Assembly (NCBI RefSeq): GCF_009914755.1
Contig: NC_060937.1
Direction: 5' to 3' (one strand)
DNA from: the human T2T-CHM13v2.0 reference genome, Homo sapiens
DNA length: 64,000 nt
Of the stretch, positions 1 through 17,920 are shown piece after piece. The position numbers and the translations under genes are program-made. The notes beneath the pieces are model-generated. The model had not been told where the DNA came from, made no database searches, and saw nothing but the letters and a program-made list of their open reading frames with translations. Positions within the stretch are counted from its first letter, which is position 1. Each line of letters starts with the position of its first letter.

Positions 1-330
1 CCTCCCCAAGTCGGCTCCAGTGTCTGTTGTTTCCTTCTTTGTGTTCATAAGTTCTTATCATTTAGCTCCCACTTGTAAGTAGGAACGTGTGGTATTTGAT
101 TCTCTGTTTGTGTGTTAGTTTGCTAGGGATAGTAGTCTCCAGCTCCAGCCATGTTCCTGTGAAAGACATGATCTCGGTCTCTTTCTATGGTTGCATAGTT
201 TTCCATAGTGTATCTGTACCATGTTTTCTTTGTCCAATCTGTCATTGATGGGCATTTAGGTTGATTCCATGTCTTTGTTATTGTGAATAGTGCTGCAATG
301 AACATTCACATGCATGTGTCTTTATGGTGA
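1..330 (-). mobile_element. L1 (L1PA/L1PB-type) ORF2 C-terminus and start of 3' UTR, continues beyond the window start
   Basis: Minus-strand ORF 123..305 [20 protein letters not shown] matches the L1 ORF2p C-terminus; 3' UTR-like sequence lies at 1-120. Confidence 0.92.
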
Positions 331-369
331 AAACAAATTACGGTGGGAACACATTTTTGCAGTATACAA

Positions 370-3132
<2,763 letters not shown>

Positions 3133-3137
3133 TAAAT

Positions 3138-3503
<366 letters not shown>

Positions 3504-4394
3504 TAGTACCCAGTAGAGTAGTTGTCAGATTGCCTGAGACTCTATAAGTAAAAATATTAATGTTTATCTCTGAAAATAGACTGGGTTAAAGGTATAGATT
3601 TATATGTGTTTCATATACAGGTGTTTTAAGATATTTTTGGTGTGTTTTAAGACATAATCTAATTATTAAGAAAGTATTGTTTCTCAATTATATATGCAAA
3701 ACATCTGGCAGTATTAATAGAGAATATTTCCCATTACTTAATTGTAGCTGATACTTTTTTGTCCTTTTCTAATATGTGTTCTTTGTTCTCTATCTAGTTG
3801 CCTCTGTGTTCTGCTTGATCAGCATTTGCTTATCAGTCCACTGTAAGAGGACTGATGCATCCAGTTCACTTTGAGGGTCTAACCACATCTTGTTAGCACC
3901 CAGTCAGGAATGTATTATTAGACTCACTTGTTGGACAGAAAATAAATGCCACGACAGCACCCATACAATTTTTTAACAAATATTATCTATGATACATGCT
4001 CAAATTGTAATATTAAAAATGTTAACACCGCTCTTGCCTAGGCTATACCTTTGTAGTTTTTTGTTTTGCTTTCATTTCAAGTCCTTTTTTGCTCCAGAAG
4101 GAGGAGGCTTCATAGTCATGAATTTGCATAAATTTGTAATAAATTTCTTCTTTTCTTTACCTTTTTATGAATTCTGAAATTAATAACTTCTGAGCATAAT
4201 GCATCCACAAATAACTCTGCTTTCCCAATATATGTAAATATATAGAGTTACTTTCATCTTTTCCGGTTATACCAGAAAGAAACTTAAGCTTTAAATCACA
4301 TGTTTCTAGAACCACTTATTTTAGTTCACTTTTTTGGACTCTGGCAGTATCCAGTTTTGCTCTTTTGCTTACATTTACTCAATAGATTCTTAGT

Positions 4395-4680
4395 TGTAGT
4401 AATAGACAAAGGATTAAATACACTGCTTACAAGATTTGGAATCATATAGACCTATCTTCACTTAATAGCTGTGCAATTATAAGTAAATTGCACAGTCTTT
4501 CTATCTCTCAGAATTCTCACCTTGAAAAGAGTACATAAGACTGCTATGAGAGTCACTTCTTGGCATTTTGGCTAAGATCAAGTGAAGACTACTATGAGAA
4601 TTCAAAGGAGCATGCATGCTTTAGAGTTCCAACAACTGCAGTAACTCCTAGCATGTGGTGGGCTTTCAATAAATACCATA
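4395..4680 (+). mobile_element. MIR (decayed), host of the U2 retrocopy
   Basis: MIR core-like cacttaatagctgtgcaattataagtaaattgcacagtctttctatctctcagaattctc and tail-like ctagcatgtggtgggctttcaataaata. Confidence 0.6.
4552..4584 (+). pseudogene. RNU2: 3'-truncated (tailless) U2 snRNA retropseudogene, U2 nt 1-33
   Basis: gtcacttcttggcattttggctaagatcaagtg matches U2 ATCGCTTCTCGGCCTTTTGGCTAAGATCAAGTG at 29/33; 15-bp TSD aagact(g/a)ctatgaga at 4537-4551 and 4585-4599. Confidence 0.92.
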
Positions 4681-4851
4681 CATAATGATGCTTCTGTTAT
4701 TCTTTCTCATCCATCAATTACAAAAGTTTTGTGGTGACTGTGGCTTCAAGAGGAACAAAGTTATCTTTGTATCAAGAAAACTTTCTTGGCCATACTTTCA
4801 GACATTTAAAATCTGGGTACCTACCAGGGGACTTTTGAAAGTATCAACACA

Positions 4852-5240
<389 letters not shown>

Positions 5241-7526
5241 TCATTTGCTTTATGTCAATACAATTAGGTATTTGCTTATTATCCATTTCCTTGTTCAAAA
5301 TATAAGTTATATAAACAATACCTGTTTTGTTTGCTTTTGTGTCCACTATGCTTTGCACAGCCTAGGACACATTAAACACCTAATAAATACAAGTAACTAA
5401 AAATGTTATATAATATATATGCAAGTGTTTTATTGCTGATACACTTAAACGTGTGATTGTAGAACTGGTGATACCAATGATTTATGAGGGTTTTTTTCCC
5501 CACTGGAAGTTACATCGACAATGCTATCTATAAGCTTGATATAAATTATTTATAGTTCTAAAGGTTGAAAAAATGTAGAGTATAATAGCAATAGTATCTT
5601 TTTCTTTTGTTGTTGTTGATGCTATCACTATTGCAATTTGAAGACCGTGTCCCTGGTTTATTACTTTTTTAAAAAAAAGACATAAGAGGTAATAATCATT
5701 ATGATGAGTGTTTTTAAGGAGTAATTTTGAGAATCATAGAGAAAATGAAGATCAGTTGTAGATCCAAGCTCTGTTTCTATGAAAGTATTGGTTGATGAGT
5801 CAATTCAGTTCAGACCATCAGAGAACTACATGCATAATAAGAACCTCGGCTACAGGTATTTGAAGATCAAATCAGTAAGTGAGAATATAAAAGTCAAATA
5901 AGTCTGTGGACATTACATGATCTCAGATTGACATACCTTTTTAGAATTTCTGGAGAGGCATTTTTAAAGAGTTCCAAAAATAGAATTGTTTTTTTGGATC
6001 TTCTGTGCACTTTTCAGTGGAACACAATCAAGGAATAGGAGCAAAATAGGGACGCAAAACGATCTAATTTTGAGAAATAATTGGAAAATATTTTTGGTTT
6101 TTTGCCACAGACTTATAGATCATCTTGTTATTTTCTCCATGGGAAGAAGACTTGGGCTAATGGCTTGAAAATTGTTAGACCCCTCAGGTGGGTTTCAAGC
6201 CAGCCAATCCCCTTCACAACTACTTAGAATACATGCCAATTTCAGTTGTTAGCAGTCATTTGTATGACTTGCCTTGCTTAATATTGCAGCAGATTGGGAA
6301 AATATCCAACAAAGCACCAATTTGAGATAAATACCTGCAACACAATCAAATTTAAAAGACAAAGAAATTGGCCATCGTTTGGAACGATCTGAAAATAGAT
6401 CAAAACATTGATTTAATATCTTGTGAGCACTGATGCACATTATATCATTTGCCCATAACTTAAAAATACCTTCAATAAAAATATATGCTTTAAATTTAAA
6501 TTTCCTCCTAAGAAAATAATAAAATTAATGTGATGCCAAAATTGGAAAGCCTGGCTAAAATGAAAACTCCAATGTTAGTGTTAGGAATGCCCATAATTCA
6601 CATGCATTCAAATATTTGTTCCATCCTCATTTGCCTTAATTTATTATTAACTACTTCTATTGCAAGTAACGTCGGTTGTGACCAAAAAAAAAAGAAAAAA
6701 GTTATTGCAGCTTTTATTCACTATGAAAAGGCAATCATTGTTCTATTATTCTCTCTCAGGCACCAAATTCTTAAGCAGATAATACAATAAATAAGCATTT
6801 GGTTCAGCCTATTAGTCTCTAACATACTTTCTAAAATTTTCTTTGTCCTCCCATTTGGGCACAATATATGCAACTATTTTCCTAATTTGAAAGAATTCTG
6901 TCTCTTATAATGGCCTTTATTTGATTGAAATTATTTTTGTTCTACCCGTTTTCCTTGAATTTCAGTTAATATTGCTCATTGTCCAATGAGAAATAATGTG
7001 TCTTGTTCATAAGAAAATTGACATTTAACTATAAAATGTAGATGACTTTTTATCTTCTGTTAAATATTTTCTTAAACTTTGCAACTGTTTTAAACAAATT
7101 TATTTTTCTTCTTTTTCTCAAAACTTGTCGGTTCTGAACTTTGCTAAATAGAAAATATACGCAATTATTTAGAATGTATTACTACTTTTAAGGCTGAATA
7201 TTTTTTGCCGGAGTTAGTATTCTCTTTCATAATTAAAGAATGCCATTCACATTGGCAAGTAGTTTTCTTCTATCTTTATCAAAATTTCTATTATTCAGAG
7301 GTGTTTAATCATAAAATGTCTTGATTAGTAGTCTCTCTGGTACTTTGTTTCAGAAAAATATCTAGAGTTAGAAAATCAATTTCTGAGATTTTTCAAGTGA
7401 ATCAATAGATTGCATATATGACACAGCTATTGTAATTGTTGTAACAATTATAATTGTTCTGTCAGGAGTCTCACATACTTTGTTATAAGATATAGGAATT
7501 AATAATCTTAAATTCTATTTTATTAA

Positions 7527-7876
<350 letters not shown>

Positions 7877-10110
7877 TGTCTTCAGTATTTTTGATAATTT
7901 GTATGTACTGTATTTTCTTTTGAAGTTTGAAATTAGCAATAAACATCAGTTTATGAAATATTACCCAAAAAACTATCACAAAAGAAAATTGTTAAATTGT
8001 CTCCATATTGACTTCCTTTTTATTTCATCTATTTATTTCCAATTTATTAGACTTTACTCTGGCTACTTTATTCAAAACAGTTTATTAACTAGGAAAATGT
8101 GATCATGCAAACATATGGGCTTATTGTATGTATCATTAATTGAAGACTATCAAACGAGTATATCCAGAATATGTTCCATGAAATACTAGTTCTTCAGGAT
8201 ATGGATGTCATTTGCAATAGAATTAGTACAATTTTCATTACAGTAAGAATTCTTTAAGTCGAATATACATAGTCTCAAAGCTAGTCCCACTCTTTGCCAA
8301 ATTTCCTCAATATTTTTATCACAGATTATTTTTTCTGGAAGTATCTTTTAGATGATATCCTATAGAATAAAGCTAATATAAGCAAACAGTAAAATATTCC
8401 ACTAGTAATAGCTAATCTAAGTAAACAGATTTTCTTTTTTACCCTATGCAACAGGAAAAGTAAAGCCAATTGTACTAATGAACTAAACTCCACTGTTATC
8501 TACTCCTTTGATTTAGTTAGATGTTTTGTTTAGTTTCTATTACCAAATTTCCTGTTTTCTAACATGTTCAATTTGTAAACCATCTCAAATAATTTTGGAT
8601 ACAAATGTTCATTTTGGAGACAAATGTTCTGTTAATTCCCTTTTCTGCCACAAACAAGCACAATTTATTTATCTTTATTTGGTGCCACAATATACGTGAT
8701 ACATATATATATATATTTTAATTACCACATGAAGATTTTATTAGTATTCTTGTCTGTTCTTAATATCAGAACTCTGAGTATTTTAATATCACGGTATGTA
8801 TCTTGTTTTCATTGTGTTTTCATTGTGTATGTCACAAAAGCCTAAAGGATTAAAGTGAAGTTTCTAATGTGTTTCTCCGGATATTGTCTAATTCATAGGT
8901 CTATATGCATTTCTCATCTTTTAAAGAATTGCTCTATTTTATTACCAATAATTCACAGGAGCACATTACAATGTCAAGTTCTGTATTTAAAAATGTATAT
9001 TTATTTCCAGGCCAACTTTGGTTCTTCACTTCAAACATTTTATCACCCGATTTACTAATGGACTATTGGTTACTTTCTTCAGTACAGTTTTCTTCTTTTA
9101 ACTTTAAATTTGCATTAAAAGAATAAAAAACATGTTGATTACAGTACAGCAAATTAAGTTCTACAACAGTCTAACTAGAATCGCAAATTGTTCCATTCTT
9201 TCCTTAGAATATTCCCAACACATCAGTGAAAAATGTACAAGACAAATGAAGCATTCAAAAATCTTACTTAATTCTATTCCTCATTTTAGAAGAAGGTACT
9301 AGTTGAACACAAAGTGAAATGCTAAATTTTTTAAAAATGTAAAATAAAAAATATAAAATGAAGGGGTATCAAATTAAAATGTTTTAAAACAGCAATAATT
9401 TAAAACTATCTGAGCAAATAATCTAATCCACAACATACTTAAAGTCTGCGCACACTTTAAACTTTAATCCAATTCTCATTCTTCTCAGGATAACTTTTCA
9501 TCTAGGGATGAAAGCTAGAGATTTGTAAATTTCTTTATGTTTAAATTCCTATAGCAAAATGCATAAAGTTATTATGAAAACCAACAATATTGAAATATAT
9601 TTAACAAGATGTTTTAAAAATAGATTTATAAATGGATATATATGGTTTATTAACATTAAATAAGATCTAGAGTATGAACTAACTACCGTAATTTTCAAGT
9701 ACTGAGCATTACAGTAAGTCTACAACTTAAAATTATATGAATACTCTTAAGATTCCTATTGGTGACAAGATTATAGTTGTTGGTAATACTATTATAAAGT
9801 TAATAAAATTGGGATATAATTTTTCCCATTTGGACTTTTGAGGTTCTATTTATTCTATCCCTGGACCAATATGGAATAAAAATGGAAGGCTAACCAGCTC
9901 TTATCAGTGCAAAACTTCATGAATCTTTTGAGATTTACCCAGAATTGCTAAATATCTCTGATCCTCAGTCACCCTCCTTCTCTCACTCATTTATGGAGCA
10001 CTTGCTATTTCCCTTTCCGTAATAGTTTAGGTTAGCTGTTTTCCCCATTTCTCATTTTAAATTACGACATTTATTTGCCTATCAAATTGGCAATACTAAA
10101 ACAAATTTAA

Positions 10111-10479
<369 letters not shown>

Positions 10480-10967
10480 GAGTGTTACAGTTCTTAAAGA
10501 TGGTATCTGGAGTTTGTTCCTTGTGATGTTCGGACGTGTTCCGAGTTTCTTCCTTCTGGTGGGTTCGTGGTCTCGCTGGGTTTGAGTGAAGCTGCAGAGC
10601 TTCACTGTAAGTGTTACAGCTTTTAAGGTGAGGCGTCTGGAGTTGTTTGTCCCTTCCGGTGGGTTCCTGGTCTCGCTGGCCTCAGGAGTGAAGCTGCAGA
10701 CCTTTGCACTGACTGTTACAGTTCATAAAGTGGCACGTCCAGAGTTGTTTGTCTCTCCTGGTGGGTTTGTGGTCTCGCTGGCTTTAGAAGTGAGGCTGCC
10801 AACCTTCACGGTGTTATAGCTCATAAAGGCAGTGCGGACCCAAAGAATGAGCAGCAGTAAAATTTATTGCAAAGAGCGGAAGAACAAGGTGGAAGGGCAC
10901 CTGAGCAGGTTGCTGCTGCTGGCTCAAGTGCCCTGGTTTTATTCCCTTATCTGGCCCCACCCACATC

Positions 10968-11322
10968 CTGCTGATTGGTCCATTTTACAGAGAGCTGATT
11001 GTTCCATTTTGCAGAGAACTGATTGTTCCATTTTGCAGAGAACTGATTGGTCCGTTTTACAGAGAGCTGATTGGTCTGTTTTGACAGAGTGCTGATTGGT
11101 GTGTTTACAATCCTTTAGCTAGACACAGAGTGCTGCTGGGTGCATTTGCAATCCTTCAGCTAGACACAAAAGTTCTCCAAGTCCTCACCAGATTAACTAG
11201 ACACAGAGTGCTGATTGATGTATTTACAAACCTTTAGCTAGACACAGAGTGCTGATTGGTGCATTTACAAACCCTTAGCTAGACACAGGGTGTTGATTAG
11301 TGCGTTTACAATCCTTTAGCTA
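10968..11322 (-). promoter_or_regulatory. LTR12 CCAAT (NF-Y) tandem-repeat enhancer/promoter array
   Basis: About five 24-bp units (gctgattggtccattttacagaga) plus about five 41-bp units (gtgctgattggtgcatttacaatcctttagctagacacaga), several with intact ATTGG; activity at this locus untested. Confidence 0.7.
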
Positions 11323-12479
11323 GGCAGAAAAGTTCTCCAAGTCCCCACCTTTCCCAGAAGCCCAGCCTGCTTCACCTCTAACTGGTACCTGGAGCAGGAC
11401 TTTGCAGTTCCTAGCCCAGGCACTCCGGCATCCCAGAGGGAGCTGGTCCCAGACAACCAAGAGGAAAAGGAGGGAAGTGAGAAACAGACCCGCCATTGTG
11501 GCCAACGACCCCGCAAAGAGGGAACGGCGGTCCACGCACAGGACCCAGTCTCTGATAAAGCCCAGCAGGTGCCAAGTGCTGGGCCCACCGAGCCCACGCC
11601 CACCCGTAACCCCCGCACACCCAGAACCCGCGCCTGCCCCGCGAGCGCCACGCACAGCCCCTGCTCCCTCCCGCGCCTTTGCCTCCACACCTCCCTGCGA
11701 GCAGAGGGACCCGGCTCCGGCCTCGGCCAGCCCCAGAGAGGGGCCCCCACAGCACAGCGGCAGGCTGAAGGGCTCCTTGAGCGCGGCCAGAGCAGACGCC
11801 TAGGCCGAGGAGGCGCCTAGAGCGAGCCAGGGCTGCTAGCACCTTGTCACCTCTCACTATGAAATAAGTAATAAAAGCCCTTAGACATTGCTTGGTACAG
11901 TATTTCAGAAAAGCAAATGTACAGAAAGAATCTATAGTTCAGACTTTCACTTCCTGGTAGGAACAGAAGACATGACCACTAATTTTGTTTTGGAGAAAAC
12001 AAAAAGGGAATTTTTTAAAAGTGAAAATGCCTCAAGGATAAGAAGAGTGGTAAAGAAGAAAAAAAGAACAATATTTTGGAAAATACAAATCAGATGAAAG
12101 ATTTAGGAAAACAGAGAAACCTCAGTCACAAAGTCCTCAATAATTGGTGAATCCAAATTCCTAGAAAAGAAGGATATTTCAAATAAGGAGCCCTGCTTGA
12201 AAAATTGTCTTAAGAAGCTGTTAGATCCATTCTGTTTTTGAGACCCCATCTTAACTCTAAATAGTGTAACAATTGTCTCTCATCACTCAACCACTCACTC
12301 TAGAAAAGACTGGACTTTATTTTCTAAAAAGGACAAAATGGAGGATTCTGGACTGCATACACCAGGCAGGGTTAATGGAGAAGAAAATATATACTTACTG
12401 AATGAGGAAACCTCCAGTATGTTTCTCCTAACTGACCCGCCTCCCATAGGATTAGGCTAAATAAAAATCACATTTTTAT

Positions 12480-13620
12480 TTATAGCATAAAAGATACAAA
12501 GACATCAAATCACACTCAGAGTAGTCTTCAAGCAGCAACTACCAACCACATGCTGCAGAAAACTCTACATGAAAGACAGAGGCCAAAATAAAAAACAGCA
12601 GACAATTAGAGGGAACAGAAATTTTCATGGCCAAGGAGAAAATCATACGTGTGTATGTATGTGTGTCCGTGTGTGTGTGTGTGTGTGTATAAAATGAAAT
12701 GTATATATATACACATGTGAATATATATAATTATAGTAATAGAATTATATATATGTTTGTGGGGATATATATATATATGCATGTATATATATAATTCTAG
12801 AGATAGTAGCAGTTACTAACATCTTGGAACAAGAATGAAATACTATTTTTTACAAGAAGAACAGAAATAGATCTCTTGAAAATTAAAAATATAATAACTG
12901 AAATGAAAAATTTAATAAAAGAGTTGGAAAACAGAGTTGAGGAAATATCCCAGAAAATACAGTAAAGCACAAACAAATAAAATATTGGAGAGCAAAGGTA
13001 AGAAAATGTAGAGTACTAGCCAAAAAGTTTAATATTCACTGAGAATTCTAGGAAGAGAGAATAAAGTAAAAGGTGAGAACACCAATTAAATAAAACAAGA
13101 ACATTTTTCAGAACTAATGCGTGTAAGATTACAAAGGGCTCATAGTACTTAGCACAGTAGAGAAAAGCATGCCCCCACCAAGGCACACGATTTTGAAATT
13201 TCAGGAAGCTGGAGGGACTCTGAAATTTTACAGGCTTTCAGAGGTAAAAATAGGTGGCATACAAACATAATGATATACACTTAATCAGGAACTTGCTGAT
13301 ATTATGCTTTACGTGCATTAGGAAAGAGAGCCAGGAGGGACAAGAGCATGATGTGTTAGAGACTAGGGGAGAAATAAATGCTACTTTGTCATTTTCCATA
13401 ATGGGAACTTACAGTTAATGCCTCAAATAGAAAAAATTAAGAAGTAGAAAGGCAAACACATTAACTTAGAATATGGTGGTTAAAACTTGGCGACAATGAA
13501 TTAGCTGAGATAATTGACAATATTTGTCTTGAGGGAGAAAGAGAGGAGAGGAACAGGAAACTACAATTTCTAAAACTATGTGATTCTGTGTGTGAATGTG
13601 TAACTTTTGTTTTTGAAAAA
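12480..13620 (+). mobile_element. HAL1 / old L1 ORF1-like remnant with an internal (TG)/(TA) tract
   Basis: gatctcttgaaaattaaaaatataataactgaaatgaaaaatttaataaaagagttggaaaacagagttgaggaaatatcccag resembles the HAL1 ORF1 coiled-coil region. Confidence 0.65.
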
Positions 13621-13699
13621 GAATAAAGAATAAAATATGTTCAGATTATTGATTTACTAATAAAAGTCAGAATTATACCTATAATAATCTAATTCTGTA

Positions 13700-14150
13700 T
13701 ACCAAATCAGTGTTTATAATGCAAGTACCACAACAAGGAAATAACCAAAATGTATAAAAATAAAGAAAAAAGTTATGAAATTATGCCTCATTCTTATCAT
13801 AAGGACATTATGTAATCAAACATTTTGAAGAGATTTAGCAATATAAAAATGCGTATAAATTAATATCAAGTGAAAAACCAAGATGAAATGATTTATTTTC
13901 AAAATTCAGCCTGGCTTCAAAGGAAGAACAAAAATTGATCTCTTGGAAATTAAAAATATAATAACTGAAATGAAAAATTTCGCAATTAAGAGATTAGTAA
14001 ATAACTTAAAATACATTAAAATATATATGGTGACCTTTGGAAAGTAGAATTATGTTTCTTTTTGTTTTTTTCCTCTAAAATTTTTGTACTTTCAAAATAT
14101 ATTTGCAGCAAATTTATCTTGTTTGTAAGTTCTTAAAAGTTAAAAAAAAA
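13700..14150 (+). mobile_element. Ancient L1ME-type 3' end remnant
   Basis: Decayed L1ME 3' UTR-like sequence ending in an A-rich tail. Confidence 0.45.
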
Positions 14151-14971
14151 GCAGTGAAACTGTGACTACAGATTTTTCTATTCAGGTTTTATAATGTTCA
14201 CTAAATTTTCAAATTTGATAAAAACCACCAATGGTAATTTGGACTTAGGGACATAATGTAAACAGTAATACGCTTATTATTTTTCCTACTTAGTTTAAGT
14301 GAAAAAGTTTTCCAGGTTACTAGAAAGTTTATAGCTTTCCTCAGCAATAGAATTTAGAGTGTGAGCTTATACCTTGTCAATAAGAACCTCTCTTACAGAC
14401 AGTAGTACTGTTATTTTCATAGATTGTTACATAGTTGGAAAGAGTAACCTTTTATTCACTACTTCAGAAGATAATTTGAAAGTCCTTCTTTCACTTTTTT
14501 TTTCAATGCCCATAGAGGTGAAGGTATAATTTTCTGAAAATGTATTTGCCAGTTATAAATCTGATTTGAACACAAGAATGCATATATTCATGTACTTCCT
14601 AAACCAAAGATGTGATAAGAATTCACAAAAGAAACACATAATTTATGGCTACATGAAGCCACACTTTCAAGAAGAAAATTGAAAAGCAACCAATCAGCAG
14701 TCTTTGGTCTGTTTGAGTTTTGTCACTGAGTTACTTCCCTGATGTTTTAACTGAATTGACTAAATGAGGTCATATAGATATTGTTTTAGCATTGGCAGCT
14801 TGAATTGACTATGACATTATTTAGTGAAGATATGTTTCCAGGCACTAAAAATTCTGAACCTTTTTCAGTTCTGTATGTACCAAGAATATGTCATCAGTAA
14901 GTCCTTCCTCAGAATAGAGGATACTCCCAGCACAGCAGAAACTCAGAAAAAGGGGTTTATGTAGCCTTTTA

Positions 14972-15046
14972 ATTTTTTTTTTTGACTTCTCCTTAGGTAC
15001 AGGAGTACATGTGCTGGTTTGTCATATAGGTAAATTGTGTGTACAG
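14972..15046 (-). mobile_element. Extremely 5'-truncated L1 (about 75 bp of 3' end)
   Basis: T tract plus gtacatgtgctggtttgtcatataggtaaattgtgtg (old L1PA/L1PB 3' end); TSD agcctttta at 14963-14971 and 15047-15055. Confidence 0.75.
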
Positions 15047-16352
15047 AGCCTTTTAGATGCATTGTTAACATTTGAATAATATGTAACACAGGGAAATCTA
15101 TAATACGGAAGTGTAAGCATTTGTGAGAGATGCCACATAAATGCTGTAGGAGGCAAAACGCAAGTAGTCAGGGAAGATCTTATATTACAGAACTTTGCAT
15201 TTTGACACAGACAAGTTCCTTCAGAATTTCCATCAAAATTCTAAAGAGATAATTATGTGTCTACAGCATAATGTAGTATCATTCATAGATATGTATGTAT
15301 GAGAAGAATGCAAATTTCATGCCTAGATTTGCTATGACTTAAGTGATCAAAGATAAAATATAGAGCTTAAACACATAAGCCTACAATGATAAAATTGCTG
15401 ACTAAAATAAAATTGTACAATTCAAAAAATATGCAAGTTACACAAATCTTCCACTTGTTTAGTTACCACAAGAAACTCACGATAAAAAGTCTGTGGTCTT
15501 GTGATATATCATAATGATGGCTGAAATGTATATTTCTATTGCCATGTGATATCATTGCTAATTCAATTCAGAAGCATTTATTCTATGTGTCTTTCCTCTA
15601 GGGAGTAATTGAGAGCAAAATTATTAAAAGTAATAATAAATTATTTGTTTTGCTTAACTGAATCTGTTACAGTTACATTAAATTTTTTTGGTAGCGCCTT
15701 TGATTATAATTTTTCTTTCTTTCTGTTTCTCTCATTCAGCTTAATGTAGTGAATGTAGTGAAAGACATAACTGCCCTTCTCTGTGAGAGTGTCACGCTGT
15801 CAACAAAACTGACAATGAATCCAAAGGGAAAAAAAATTATTTTGATTTTGTGACTGACTTGTTCATTGGAAATAAATGACTTTCCTTGTCATGCAAGGAT
15901 CATCTTAATATGCACTGTGCTTTTTTTTTGTAGTATTGCTGCTACTTAGAGATAAAAAGCACAATTCAGAAACATGGGAAAAATAATCTACTATGTTGCC
16001 TTTCCTCAAAGGTCACAAATAGAAACATTACGGATGGTGAGCGGATCACTTTGCCTCTGTTAATACATCTGTATGGTCATAATCAATTCTTCTGAAGCTA
16101 CAATTCTCTCTCATAGTATCAACTTGAATTCAAAATGAAATATCGCAACTACAAAAGTTGTTTCTACAACTAGAAAACAAAAGAAGACATGTTTTACTTC
16201 CAAGGCTATGAGTAGAAATCAGCATTGTAAGTAGAAGTTATGAAAGTAGGTATTCTTTTTTTCCTTTTAAATAATTTAAAATATGTAATATTAAGTCACA
16301 ATATCAAAATCCTCTCCGCACCTCATTAGAGAGTTACTCTTTGGATATGTCA

Positions 16353-16425
16353 GCATTCTTTTAATAAATATTTATTGACCATCTACTGTATGTGAAGCAC
16401 TGTAGTGCAGTTTTTAGGGGATAAT
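16353..16425 (-). mobile_element. L2 3' end fragment
   Basis: cattcttttaataaatatttattgaccatctactgtatgtgaagcactgt matches the antisense L2 terminus. Confidence 0.6.
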
Positions 16426-16925
16426 TATTTTTAAGCAGTTACTATGCAGACTTCCTGCGTTTGGGGTGTCTTTAAGGTATACCACCCCAGAGAATACTGG
16501 CATGACATTAGCACAAAGCAAGGACTATAAAAATGATTCACTTCTCAGGTATCAGCAGAGTCAGAATGAAACAACAAGGTACTGAGTACATACTATTGAG
16601 AAGTATTATCTCCTTTAACATTTCGCGTAAAACATTACATGAATTTTATTTGAATGAACAAATTAACATGGAGTACAGTCTTAGGGTGAAGTAGTTTTCT
16701 GAGATGTAAATTTTTGAGGTCATGACTTAAAAAGCAGAATTCCTTTTATGATAACATCTATGCTAGCCAGATATTTCTAAACCAGAGATAAAGATGAATA
16801 GAGTTGAGTTTCAGATACTAGTTGGACCATCAACACAAACACTTAATTTGTACAGAAATAAGGGAGAGCTAAAAAAGTGTGAAAGAGGTGGTAATTTTCT
16901 AGAGTTCTGAAATATAAAAGAATAA

Positions 16926-17382
<457 letters not shown>

Positions 17383-17469
17383 CACATGCACTATTTTATT
17401 TCATCATTTGAACAAACCAAAGGAGCGGGACAGATAAGGAGTATTTTGAGTGGATGGTGTCTTTGAGGA

Positions 17470-17920
17470 AGTAGTAGTCAGCTATTTTCACAGCAAGGGT
17501 GCATTGGTAACTATGCTAAAATCCAATGGTTTACAACAAAAAGCATTTATTTTCATGTGTACATTCTACAGGTTCACTGTGATTTGCCTGATCTAAGCTG
17601 GACTCAGTGTAGAAGGCTCTGTCTTCAGGCTTTGACTTTCCTGGGCTTTATTTCCAGGCTGCAAATTGAGTTCAAGATTTCTCCACATATTTTTTTGCTG
17701 GGCCCCATGCTAAAATGGAAAGATTATCTATAGCATGCTCTTCACATGACAGCTGAGGCAAACAGAACAAGCACATGTAACACACCTAAATGTGTCATAT
17801 TCTCATTCCTTTGGGAAGAGCAATCATATGAACAAGCCTAACATCAAGGAATAAGGCAGTACATATTCCATTCATAGTAGTAGTGGGAGTATTTGCCAAA
17901 AAATAATTCAAATTATCATA
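17470..17920 (-). mobile_element. Old MaLR LTR (MLT1J/K-like)
   Basis: tagtcagcta...aatggtttacaacaaaaagcatttatttt...ctgatctaagctggactcag MLT1 antisense pattern. Confidence 0.65.

Noticed and set aside
3832-3857. Small hairpin atcagtcc-N9-ggactgat
   Set aside because: An 8-bp stem is expected by chance in 64 kb and is too short for a pre-miRNA
8155-8370. Possible hAT/Charlie MER element (atgttccatgaaatactagttc)
   Set aside because: Too decayed to define termini or family by eye
10968-11322. Regular repeat array resembling CRISPR
   Set aside because: Primate DNA; these are head-to-tail LTR12 enhancer units without unique spacers, and there are no cas genes
11316-11857. Overlapping GC-rich ORFs of 83-148 aa and a CpG-island-like stretch (also 46510-47156)
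   Set aside because: They lie within LTR12 U3; high GC content suppresses stop codons; no recognisable protein
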